Source of the DNA: a virus
Taxonomy: Duplodnaviria > Caudoviricetes
Strand: one strand, 5' to 3'
Length of the DNA: 64,000 nt
IMG/VR virus record: IMGVR_UViG_3300032233_002382
Coordinates: 1 to 64,000 of that record
Numbering within the stretch: position 1 is the stretch's first letter; each line of letters begins with the position of its first letter. The position numbers and the translations under genes were made by a program. Below are positions 1 to 8,865 of this stretch, in pieces. The notes beneath the pieces are model-generated. The model made no database searches. It was given only the letters and a program-made list of their open reading frames with translations, and was not told the DNA's origin.

Positions 1-68
1 GACGATACTTTAGTATTCAATAAAGCCACAGTTACTAGAACAGGTGGCACTGCTCAGGTAGCCACTGA

Positions 69-635
69 TCAGGCATCTATTGATAAATACTTCTTACACT
101 CATATTTTCTAGATATCCAGCTTTCGCGCATATATTCGAGACCTACCCTAAGGCACACCTTTTGGTCCCGCTCTAAATCTGACCCATCAAATCCCGTAGT
201 TTTAGAAACAGCATATCCAGAACGATCTTCATACACCACTTTAAACCGAGATCTTCCTGACTTGTCGACCCCAAGATTAATCTGCATCAAGCACCAGTTG
301 GGATTCTTCGGATCATGGATCCCCAAACGCCTTAACCTGGTTTCTGAGTACAAAGTAGATATCATTAATCCAAGAGTAAAATACGGATCTCGAATTGGCT
401 CAACGTTTGACTCAAAGGCTAATTCATATAAATCAGAAGAAAGCGCCTCTAAAAATTCATAATCACGGGAATCCGAAATCTCCTCAACGTTTAATACATC
501 AAGAAGAGTCGCGAGTATGAAATGATGTCTCGGAAAAAGAAATCGACCATTCGCTATAATAGGTGCTTCTAATAAGGTAACCGGATAAAACATTATCAAA
601 CACAAAATAATTAATTTAGCCCAGGACCTAATCAC
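69..635 (-). CDS. Possible lytic transglycosylase (SLT/lysozyme-like) protein
   Basis: N-terminal hydrophobic segment; LYSET...CLMQIN...CLRVGLEYM loosely resembles the SLT ES/GLMQI/G..YL motifs. Confidence 0.35.
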   Translation of the reverse strand: MIRSWAKLIILCLIMFYPVTLLEAPIIANGRFLFPRHHFILATLLDVLNVEEISDSRDYEFLEALSSDLYELAFESNVEPIRDPYFTLGLMISTLYSETRLRRLGIHDPKNPNWCLMQINLGVDKSGRSRFKVVYEDRSGYAVSKTTGFDGSDLERDQKVCLRVGLEYMRESWISRKYECKKYLSIDA

Positions 636-891
636 TTATCTTTTCCCATTCGCAGTATTGAGTCAGACCCGGATGTTTACCCCCATACTTAAGAATCCGA
701 TTTTTTAAAAGATAGGCACCTTGAATTTTAATTATTTTATTAGAATTCGTTCGACTACGAATTGAGAAGTCAAACGACACCTGATCGTCTTTTACCATAA
801 GCGGTAAATCAGCCACTCGAAATTCAATATGATTGGTAAGATCTAAAAAGACAAAATAAGTTCTCACAGCTCCACTAGAATTTATATTCAA
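628..891 (-). CDS. Hypothetical protein
   Basis: 87-aa ORF abutting the downstream gene. Confidence 0.45.
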   Translation of the reverse strand: MNINSSGAVRTYFVFLDLTNHIEFRVADLPLMVKDDQVSFDFSIRSRTNSNKIIKIQGAYLLKNRILKYGGKHPGLTQYCEWEKISD

Positions 892-1620
892 ATGACACCT
901 CCGAAGAAAATTACAACTGAAAATACAGATCTTAAGAAGTATGTAACTAATGCCGTTAAACGGCTTGGTTCGAAAAAAGATGCTGTTTATTTTGCTGAGC
1001 TACTAACCGATCTAGTACGGAATAATTCCATACCGGTTGAATTATTAGACAGCATACCCCAAAACAGTAGCTACGTAGGGAAAACACGATTCGATCAAAT
1101 CTTTGATGCGGCAATGTTTTTAGCGTTCCCGGACTATCGAAAAGAGACTTTGACAAAATTTCTCGGCGATGTGAATAATGATGATGTAAAACTATGGAGA
1201 GTAGTGCTGCCTGAACGGTATAAAATAGCTCACGTGTTCATAAGGGCATCCACATATCAGGATGCTTTTGCTTTAGCTTGCGATTATGCTTGTAGAGCTC
1301 ATTTAAGACTATATAGAACTATACCATCAGACATAACCATCAGAGTCATGTTCGTGACTGAAAAAGCACTAAGAAGACATCTGAATGTCAGATGGGCAAA
1401 TAGGGTTAAAAAACGACACACTCTTCAAATCGGAGCTCGAGAATTCACCACAAAGCAGGTGAACGGAGCAAGAATTGCAGCATTGGGACACAGCCACAAC
1501 GACCCAAGACGAAGCATCGCAAAATATGCCGAAGTCAGAGATCTTGTTAGAACAAGAGTAAAAGCAGGATTAGTGAAACTAAGCAGCGTGGAGCTTGAAA
1601 CCTTAAAGGACGTACCATGA
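892..1620 (+). CDS. Hypothetical protein
   Basis: 242-aa ORF, ATGA overlap with the next gene. Confidence 0.7.
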   Translation: MTPPKKITTENTDLKKYVTNAVKRLGSKKDAVYFAELLTDLVRNNSIPVELLDSIPQNSSYVGKTRFDQIFDAAMFLAFPDYRKETLTKFLGDVNNDDVKLWRVVLPERYKIAHVFIRASTYQDAFALACDYACRAHLRLYRTIPSDITIRVMFVTEKALRRHLNVRWANRVKKRHTLQIGAREFTTKQVNGARIAALGHSHNDPRRSIAKYAEVRDLVRTRVKAGLVKLSSVELETLKDVP

Positions 1621-1940
1621 ACCTGGCTGTAGGATGCGACAAGTGCAAAATAAAAAACTACTGCGAAAAATACGGTAGCAGTCCGTTAGAGGTCAATAAT
1701 GTAAAATACCCATGTCATATAATTAACGGATATGGGCGCGAAGAGCTGCCCGCCTCAAAAGTCGGAAAATCTTCTAAAGACTGGTCCGAAAAAGGCAAAG
1801 CGCTAACCATTGTCGAACATCCCACAATAATAGATGAAATATTCCTATATGAAGTAATAAAGGTGTTTCACCCACCCATTAAACACGACCGAGAAAAGAA
1901 CATTAAGCCGCTCAGTTATCACCCAAAAAATCACAAATGA
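1617..1940 (+). CDS. Hypothetical Cys-containing protein
   Basis: 107 aa with CDKC...C...C; translationally coupled to the previous gene. Confidence 0.6.
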   Translation: MNLAVGCDKCKIKNYCEKYGSSPLEVNNVKYPCHIINGYGREELPASKVGKSSKDWSEKGKALTIVEHPTIIDEIFLYEVIKVFHPPIKHDREKNIKPLSYHPKNHK

Positions 1941-3235
1941 TCACCGATTGATATCGGGTCTACGGCCTGACACCACTGCATCAAATCAGGCAACACATCA
2001 TGGACTTTACGGTACATGTCGAATGCAATCCGTCGATAAGAAATATGGCCCTGCGGCTTAGTCCGAAGTTCCGTTAAATAGTATAGCTCCCGGAGATCCA
2101 TTCTGAAGAGCGATCGATGAAGATAACCCATTGGCACCATGTACTGATAGATCTCTGGATCGTTAACAACGGCATCGTTATCAAACGCCACGATCGACTC
2201 CATCGTGCGCTTGTATGTAGACTCGATTTCTGAATCTTTAAAATCATCGGGCGTTTCGTAGCCTATGTAAGGAGTCAAATATTCACTCCACTGTTCGCAG
2301 CGACGATGACGTTGAATATCTCTATAAGCGCCGTAGTCCATAGTAATGAGAAATTCTACATGGTGCCGCTTGAACACACTAGGAACCTGTGACTGCTTCC
2401 GTAAGGACATGTGACTACAAAACCGATCCCACGACATACCATATAACTCGAACACATGCGTTTTAAACTTCTCGAATGAATTTGTATCATAAGATATTAA
2501 ATCGACTCCAGAAACACATCTTGATGCCGGGACCGAGAAATTTGTAGTACGAATATCGAATAAGTCAGGCTCAGCATTTTTAATCAAGCTGGGCGTGATT
2601 TCAGATGCTGCTGCAAATACCTTTTCGCCAATTTCTCTAATCTCCGGATTTTGACTAGCTCGCGCTAAGCTCACCATATACCGAACATCCCGAAGATTCA
2701 TAACCGCAGCTAAATTGGTCCCCGTTCCCGCAGGTAGAAGATAACGTAGACTATCGTAAGCTCGAGCTCTGACTTTGGGTAAATTGCGACTTTTCTCGTC
2801 GTTCGGTAGATCCATGAGCTTACATGCGTTAGTTATAGACCAATCACACAGCCGATCATACTCTTCATAATATCGATTTATGAAATTCCGCACACTAGGA
2901 TCTTTGGTCGGATTTACGAACGAATCGCGAGAAAATTTCTGATACCTAGTGCTTTTCTCTGAATAACCGGCGCGTTGAAAAGATTCGATAAATTTAGAAG
3001 CAACCATACTTACGCCTTCAAAACATATGGGTATTACGCTCAACTCGGCCACGGAGCTATGACCGTAATTTATGACCCATTTCTCGTGGAACTTCTCCGA
3101 CTCTTCTCTTGAAAGAGAGTTCACTAATTCCACCGCTGAATCTGGCGACCTGGAGTATTTAGCCAGTACAGTTGCTTGTAAGGACGGGTGATAAAGCTTC
3201 CCATCTGAATCCTTAAGTACAAAAACGTTTGACAT
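1931..3235 (-). CDS. thyX: Flavin-dependent thymidylate synthase (long two-domain ThyX type)
   Basis: YGHSSVAE, SEKSTRY and YRDIQRHR motifs; 434 aa. Confidence 0.88.
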   Translation of the reverse strand: MSNVFVLKDSDGKLYHPSLQATVLAKYSRSPDSAVELVNSLSREESEKFHEKWVINYGHSSVAELSVIPICFEGVSMVASKFIESFQRAGYSEKSTRYQKFSRDSFVNPTKDPSVRNFINRYYEEYDRLCDWSITNACKLMDLPNDEKSRNLPKVRARAYDSLRYLLPAGTGTNLAAVMNLRDVRYMVSLARASQNPEIREIGEKVFAAASEITPSLIKNAEPDLFDIRTTNFSVPASRCVSGVDLISYDTNSFEKFKTHVFELYGMSWDRFCSHMSLRKQSQVPSVFKRHHVEFLITMDYGAYRDIQRHRRCEQWSEYLTPYIGYETPDDFKDSEIESTYKRTMESIVAFDNDAVVNDPEIYQYMVPMGYLHRSLFRMDLRELYYLTELRTKPQGHISYRRIAFDMYRKVHDVLPDLMQWCQAVDPISIGDHL

Positions 3236-3249
3236 GTTGAGGCTCCAGA

Positions 3250-3819
3250 ATGCCGATAGACGTCGAGAAAATACAGCAAAGAATCAACGAAATCAAAATC
3301 CCATTCATAAGAAGTCTTCACTCATTTGAAGGCATAGAAGAAACGTTCAAGCCATGGAAGCTTAATTTATCGCCATCGGCGCTGTACAACTGTTCGGTAG
3401 CCTGTAAAAAGGCGATGAAACTCAAGACCCCAGAAGTAAAATGGGTCAGCATTAAACGATGGGTTACGGTCACGCCCACAGGAATCGTGCTCCCTGAAGG
3501 TTGCTATCTATCGATAAAACGAAGAGAACATTTTGTAGCATCACCTAGCCCGAGACTAGAGAAACAGGATTTTATCTTAATAATGCTCCCATACGGGAAC
3601 GTTTGGTCACAAATCGAGCCAGATCGGCCCATTACCGAAGATTGGCTATGGTCCGAACTCGACGGAAAATTAGTATTTGAGCGACTAATCGATAAAGATG
3701 CAGTAAACCCCTTGAAGGGTTATTTCGCCGCCTGTAAAGATTATTTTGAGAAAAACCCCGATCAGATTGGAATCCACTTAAAGCGCAAAAAATCCATAGA
3801 ATCGACCACCGAAAAGTAG
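3250..3819 (+). CDS. Hypothetical protein
   Basis: 189-aa ORF ending at a strong hairpin. Confidence 0.7.
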   Translation: MPIDVEKIQQRINEIKIPFIRSLHSFEGIEETFKPWKLNLSPSALYNCSVACKKAMKLKTPEVKWVSIKRWVTVTPTGIVLPEGCYLSIKRREHFVASPSPRLEKQDFILIMLPYGNVWSQIEPDRPITEDWLWSELDGKLVFERLIDKDAVNPLKGYFAACKDYFEKNPDQIGIHLKRKKSIESTTEK

Positions 3820-3821
3820 AA

Positions 3822-3870
3822 ATATGAATGTGGGGATTTGCAATCAAGCCGCAAATCCCCACATTCATAT
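3822..3870. terminator. Bidirectional terminator hairpin
   Basis: 20-bp inverted repeat ATATGAATGTGGGGATTTGC / GCAAATCCCCACATTCATAT between convergent genes. Confidence 0.8.
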
Positions 3871-3878
3871 CATATCAT

Positions 3879-5054
3879 TTATTCTAAGTCGATGATTTCT
3901 TCATGGGACGCACCAGTGCCGATTAGCACAACCGGTACGTTTGCCGCCTCTTCTACCTTGCTAATGAAAGCTCTTGACTCTTTCGATAATTTCTCTAGTG
4001 CCTCTCTACCGCCCTTGATCCCGTTATCCTTCCAGTTAATGTACTGGATAAAATTAAGGCTGAGTTTGGTGGCACCGTTGACACGAACCGCATCCTGAAG
4101 CCCCAAAAAGCTGAAAGAGCAAACGCGCCGGATTCGCTTTGTAACGGTCGTCCGCTCGCGCTCGGCTAGAGCCTTCGCTTCCTCTGGAGGCATCCCAGAA
4201 TTACGAGCTACTTCTTCCCATGAAAGCTCCGTGCAGTCTGAATAAAAATCACCAGAATATCCCTTTTGCTGACCATCCTCGACAACGTTTCCTACGCGAA
4301 TAGGGAAAGTGCGAAGATTTAAATAGACATCGCCAACCATCGAAGGCGGAATCGCCATGTGATCCATAGCGGCCTGAACAGTGCAGTTACGGCTCGTGCA
4401 CTGGGGGTAGTGGCTCCCGTGGTCAATACTAAGAGCGTAGCCCTGGCTGCCTTCATGCAACCATGTTTCACCATGTTGAATAAAGCTGTGAGTCAGGTTA
4501 CGAAATTCCATCGCGTCCAGAACCGTAATGGACTGTAGCATTTCATCTGTGACCTGAACTCCGCCTTCAGTAAGCCACTGCTTCAAGGACGCGGAACCTG
4601 CGAGAGGCACATTAGACTTCCGCAATACTTTATCAGCAATCGCGGTTCCGGAGCCCTGCATGGTACTAGCTATGTGCTTAGTGCTTTCAGCGCCATCTCG
4701 CTCTCGAGCAGCATGACTCTCTAGTACTAAACTAGCTCGAGAATGAATGAAGAGCTTCGGGCGTCCACACTCTTCCCATTCCTTAATGAGCTGCTTCGGG
4801 TGAAATCCTGAACCTGGACTGATGAAGCCAATGATCCCCATGGACTTCTGCTTCTTAAGAGCTAAAGCTGTGGGGATCGCCTTAGCCACAAATTTCGTTC
4901 CATCGGGGAATAGAACAGAATGACCGGCATTCGGAAAATTCGAACTACTTACCTTCGTCACGTTATGCTTGTCGACTAGATAAGAAGAAATCTTACCCTT
5001 TCCGCTGCTCCCCCAGGCGGCATCCAAAATAACGTTGAACTTAGAGTTTTGCAT
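3879..5054 (-). CDS. purZ: PurZ-like 2-aminoadenylosuccinate synthetase (PurA superfamily)
   Basis: WGSSGKGK (Ser where PurA has Asp), PNAGH, EGSQG, RTFPIRVGN, ERTTVTKRIRR, and LNFIQY instead of PurA TKLD. Confidence 0.8.
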   Translation of the reverse strand: MQNSKFNVILDAAWGSSGKGKISSYLVDKHNVTKVSSSNFPNAGHSVLFPDGTKFVAKAIPTALALKKQKSMGIIGFISPGSGFHPKQLIKEWEECGRPKLFIHSRASLVLESHAARERDGAESTKHIASTMQGSGTAIADKVLRKSNVPLAGSASLKQWLTEGGVQVTDEMLQSITVLDAMEFRNLTHSFIQHGETWLHEGSQGYALSIDHGSHYPQCTSRNCTVQAAMDHMAIPPSMVGDVYLNLRTFPIRVGNVVEDGQQKGYSGDFYSDCTELSWEEVARNSGMPPEEAKALAERERTTVTKRIRRVCSFSFLGLQDAVRVNGATKLSLNFIQYINWKDNGIKGGREALEKLSKESRAFISKVEEAANVPVVLIGTGASHEEIIDLE

Positions 5055-5065
5055 TGGTTGGCCCT

Positions 5066-5851
5066 TTACCAGTTGTAGTGAGAAATTACATCGTCGATTT
5101 TAGCGTACAGAGCTTCGATCGTTCCGTCATTGACGACAATATGATGAAATTGCGAGTCCGGTATTTCGGTCTGTTCTATTTCAGATCGATGATTAAACGG
5201 CGGCTCCGTTATTTTCGGATGCTTAATACGAATAAAAATTGGCTCAGTTGTTCCGTCAGCCGCCTTTCTAGCCTCCTGAAATTCATGTTTGTGACGGAAA
5301 TCCGTAAAGACGGTCATAACCTTTTCCGGAGTGTCTGAGTTAGTTGTCGGAATTAACCCAAGCATTCGCGAATAGGCGAATCTTCCAGTCGCGATTTGCT
5401 TATGGATTTCGATGCCTTTTCTAACCCAAGAGTTTTCATACATAAGATTCATAAGTTCGCAGTACCTTTGTAACGCTTCTCTTGGAGACAGCCAGTATTT
5501 AGGGTCGTGCTGCCTGACCCAGACACGATCTTGGTCATCATCACCTTGATCGAAGCACCACCAAGGCACTGCGGCATCTACCCACTGATTCGACTCAGGT
5601 GTCAGTTCAGACGATATTCTAAATCTGGGAGGGTTGTTGGTCTTCGGGTATCTCAGGTCGCCAGCGTTTCGATTTCGGCTCGGCCCAAACAGTTGTGACT
5701 CTGTAAATCCATAAAGATCGGCCATATGGCGCTTCGCAGGATCAACTAAACCGGTTTGGATCGCCCCATATTTGGTGATCAAGCGCTTGGCGCTCTCGTC
5801 TTTCCCAACACCGGAGAATCCGGAAATGCAAACCATTAGATGTCGAGTCAC
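5066..5851 (-). CDS. Deoxynucleoside monophosphate kinase
   Basis: P-loop SGFSGVGKD, PAKR, SPREALQ, TDFRHKHE, HRSE and VVNDGTIEAL, the T4 gp1-like dNMP kinase pattern. Confidence 0.82.
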   Translation of the reverse strand: MTRHLMVCISGFSGVGKDESAKRLITKYGAIQTGLVDPAKRHMADLYGFTESQLFGPSRNRNAGDLRYPKTNNPPRFRISSELTPESNQWVDAAVPWWCFDQGDDDQDRVWVRQHDPKYWLSPREALQRYCELMNLMYENSWVRKGIEIHKQIATGRFAYSRMLGLIPTTNSDTPEKVMTVFTDFRHKHEFQEARKAADGTTEPIFIRIKHPKITEPPFNHRSEIEQTEIPDSQFHHIVVNDGTIEALYAKIDDVISHYNW

Positions 5852-6537
5852 CGTTCTCCCTCTTTCTTTATACTAATAGTACCGAAGGTACTGGCTGCAT
5901 ACCACACAATAAGATCCGCAATACCAAGCGGTTCATTATACTGTGAATTCATGTGTTTAATCATGTCAAGAGGAGAGTCGAATCCCCAGTGATTGGCCAT
6001 TCGAACCAAGTGGAGGTCAGGCTTGACCGATTCTAGTAGTCCGATATTTCGAGCCAAATGGTAACAGGTCACTTTCCCTATATAAGGCAACTTCACTAAT
6101 TTGGCCGGTTCGTTCAGATCCTCTGACTTAATCTGCTCCCATGATTTATGCATCAACGAGTTACAGAGCCATGAGGCCGTAGAATGAACGGCCTTTGCCT
6201 TCTGTTCGTTATTACAAACAATTTTCACAGATTCGAACATCTCGTCGAAGGATTGAGTAGACGCGCTCTTGTAGGTCCCGTACGCGGTTGCGAGTCTCGG
6301 AATAAAGTTACCTACTGCCTTCGCAGAAAACCCAGTGGCATGAACAACCCAGATATACTCAGAAAAGAACTTCTCGGGCGTAAGATCTTCGAATTTAACA
6401 GATTTAATTTTATTGATTTCTTCAGAATAATAAGTGTACGCAAATTCCCGGGCCTTTTGATAATATAACTGAGGTTCTCCATTGATATCCGGAGCGAATT
6501 TCGCGGCCTCAGCCGGAAGAAGCTTATGAGGTTCCAT
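5848..6537 (-). CDS. Helix-hairpin-helix DNA glycosylase-like protein
   Basis: LVKLPYIGKVTCYHLARNIG HhH motif followed by KPDLHLVR. Confidence 0.55.
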   Translation of the reverse strand: MEPHKLLPAEAAKFAPDINGEPQLYYQKAREFAYTYYSEEINKIKSVKFEDLTPEKFFSEYIWVVHATGFSAKAVGNFIPRLATAYGTYKSASTQSFDEMFESVKIVCNNEQKAKAVHSTASWLCNSLMHKSWEQIKSEDLNEPAKLVKLPYIGKVTCYHLARNIGLLESVKPDLHLVRMANHWGFDSPLDMIKHMNSQYNEPLGIADLIVWYAASTFGTISIKKEGER

Positions 6538-6546
6538 TTTAGGAAA

Positions 6547-6837
6547 TTACATCAGAACGCTTAAATGCGAAACGCCTTTTGGGCTAAGAACAAATGCAAT
6601 ATTTCGAGACCAAAGAGCTTTAACTCGATTTGTCCAAAGCTCACTAGAAACGCCGCATTCAACGGTAAAGGCATTCCAGCACGGTTCGCAAAAGACCGAA
6701 TGGTTGAGGTCTTTCGTATAACGTCGAGAAAATGAGGTGTCGATTCCACATACAGTGCAGCGCAGATGCTCGGGCTGCCAAAGGATTGAATGGGCCATAT
6801 AATCGATATCACAAAAACGACGTAACACTGAAATCAT
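6547..6837 (-). CDS. Hypothetical protein with two CxxC pairs
   Basis: CTVC...CEPC; co-oriented within the operon. Confidence 0.45.
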   Translation of the reverse strand: MISVLRRFCDIDYMAHSILWQPEHLRCTVCGIDTSFSRRYTKDLNHSVFCEPCWNAFTVECGVSSELWTNRVKALWSRNIAFVLSPKGVSHLSVLM

Positions 6838-6847
6838 TAGAACTGCT

Positions 6848-7072
6848 TTAGGACGCTTTTGTCTTGATCGAATTTAGGTCTATCTTTGTTAGTTCGTTTA
6901 AAAGACTACGGAAATTATCAAATATTTCTTCATCAGACAATTTGACAGATCCGATTTGATTTTCATTACGAATTTTGACTTCATTAGAAACTAGTTCCAA
7001 GGCTTCTAGAAGCGTTTCGTCATCATAAGATATGATGAGGTCCTTCAATGACGCAAGCTTATTGGAGTCCAT
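6848..7072 (-). CDS. Hypothetical protein
   Basis: 74-aa ORF in a tight operon. Confidence 0.6.
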   Translation of the reverse strand: MDSNKLASLKDLIISYDDETLLEALELVSNEVKIRNENQIGSVKLSDEEIFDNFRSLLNELTKIDLNSIKTKAS

Positions 7073-7078
7073 AGTTTA

Positions 7079-8131
7079 CTATACGATCGACACTGGAAAC
7101 GAATAAGTTTCTGAGGCAAAATCCGAATTTTGGTTATGATAAATACTAACAGTGCCACTTCCAACCTGTGATGACTCTGGAATCGTAATTACTCCACTGA
7201 CCGGGTTATTATAATAACCCTCAACGATGCCGAAAGAATACACATTTGAGGCTGAATCGACAAAAGTAATATCAAATTCACCGACTACAGACTGGGATGC
7301 GGACGGCGTAAAGGATATAATGTAATCCGAACCCCGTGTGAGACTGCCACTAGCATTAGTAAACGTAACAGAAGGAATCGAGACAGTTCCTCGAGCTACT
7401 AGCATCGAAGAGGTGTTGAAAGCTGTCTTGTAATTTATATTGTTTCGAATGAATCCATTATAATTGACCAGCAGTGGAAAATTGCCGGAGTGTAAAGGCA
7501 CAAACGAAGGAGAAGAAAACGTACCGTTTATCACCGGGATCGTAAGAGACTGATCATCGAATCGAATCAGCACATCGCCATTATTAATCACTGGGAACGG
7601 AGGCGGAGGTGTCGGAAACGAATCGACCGGCACAAGACTCGTAATCGAAACAGCGCCCGAAATGGACCCGATAGGAGCTATTAAACCTACGGTTAGTGGA
7701 GATACCGCATTAATAGTGAGATCAATGTTAGCCAGGTATGCGTATTGCGTGACAGATGATGAGGCAGGATAATCTGGCAAAGCACCTAAGTTTAGGCCAT
7801 ACCAAACGAATGTCTTAGGTGATCCATTTGCTAAGACGAGCGCTTCGGTAGTGTTGGCTGCTTGCACCACTACCCTGGCTTCGGGTGGGAAAGGTTTAGA
7901 ATAAATTATAACGTTGTACTGATCACCTACGCCAAGAGATAAATCAAACGACTGAACCGGGATAACGGTTTCATTAAATTGTGAGCCTGCTATCTGCCAG
8001 ATTAACTCAGTGTCGAGAGATAAAAATTCATTTACCTTATATTTTGCTTCTTCAAGACTTCTAGCGAAGACTGAATAAGCACTCGTGGCCGAAATAGGCT
8101 CAACGACGTAAACAACTTCATAAAGAGCCAT
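7079..8131 (-). CDS. Putative virion structural protein (beta-rich, Ig-like)
   Basis: 350 aa, S/T/V/P-rich beta-strand pattern with an internal repeat (YEVVY/YNVIIY...ARxxxEA). Confidence 0.5.
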   Translation of the reverse strand: MALYEVVYVVEPISATSAYSVFARSLEEAKYKVNEFLSLDTELIWQIAGSQFNETVIPVQSFDLSLGVGDQYNVIIYSKPFPPEARVVVQAANTTEALVLANGSPKTFVWYGLNLGALPDYPASSSVTQYAYLANIDLTINAVSPLTVGLIAPIGSISGAVSITSLVPVDSFPTPPPPFPVINNGDVLIRFDDQSLTIPVINGTFSSPSFVPLHSGNFPLLVNYNGFIRNNINYKTAFNTSSMLVARGTVSIPSVTFTNASGSLTRGSDYIISFTPSASQSVVGEFDITFVDSASNVYSFGIVEGYYNNPVSGVITIPESSQVGSGTVSIYHNQNSDFASETYSFPVSIV

Positions 8132-8139
8132 GGTATACC

Positions 8140-8394
8140 TCAGATATCTATTCGATTTAAAAGGTCAATTTCTTCTCTGAGGTCCTTGATAGATTCTCTA
8201 GCCTCTAACAATTCGACATTAAGTGCCTTGGCAGAATCCGTTAGATACTCATACATCTCTACAAACAACTCAGCGTCTGCTCGACTACTGAATTTACCAA
8301 TAACACGGCTTCCAGCCAACACAGTATTATCGGACCCTAAATTAAAGGGGCCTGGGGAGGCCTTAGCAATTAATACATCAAAAGGATTGCGCAA
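8140..8394 (-). CDS. Hypothetical protein with C-terminal coiled coil
   Basis: 84 aa, PGP..., LLEARESIKDLREE. Confidence 0.6.
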   Translation of the reverse strand: MRNPFDVLIAKASPGPFNLGSDNTVLAGSRVIGKFSSRADAELFVEMYEYLTDSAKALNVELLEARESIKDLREEIDLLNRIDI

Positions 8395-8408
8395 TCGACC
8401 CTCTCGGC

Positions 8409-8822
8409 CTAATTATTAACGTTACGAGATAAAATAAGCCGATTGCGCTTTTCTCGATATCGCTCTCGAGACGCAAGAAAATCATGGTCTCGACAGTATC
8501 CACGCTTGCAATTTTGGACCACTCGAATACTGCAACCCTCAGATTTACATGTTGGACCTAATTTCCAATGCTCTCTACAATATCCAGTCTTCGACCGCAC
8601 TCTTTTAACACAGCCGGAAAACCAACAGTATATCATAAATTCAGCTTCAGATTTCTTATTTTTAAGATGGCATTTAGTACAAAGCACAGAACGCCAATCG
8701 CACCTCGATAGACACCTGCGACAGGTGCCCCACCGATTTCGATGGATTTTACATACTCCCGTTACATTATCGGACCTGAGCTTCCTGTCGCATTTATCTG
8801 CTCTACAAATTTTAGGCAACAT
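8409..8822 (-). CDS. Basic protein with repeated C-x4-C...C-x2-H zinc-binding units
   Basis: CRADKC..GVCKIH, CWFSGC..GYCREH, CKSEGC..GYCRDH. Confidence 0.6.
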   Translation of the reverse strand: MLPKICRADKCDRKLRSDNVTGVCKIHRNRWGTCRRCLSRCDWRSVLCTKCHLKNKKSEAEFMIYCWFSGCVKRVRSKTGYCREHWKLGPTCKSEGCSIRVVQNCKRGYCRDHDFLASRERYREKRNRLILSRNVNN

Positions 8823-8865
8823 GTTTAAATTTACAATGTGGTCGACAAAATAGAGGTATGCCAGA

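Noticed and set aside
3879-5054. Annotation as ordinary adenylosuccinate synthetase PurA
   Set aside because: It lacks the catalytic Asp (GDEGKG) and the TKLD motif, and has PurZ-type residues instead.
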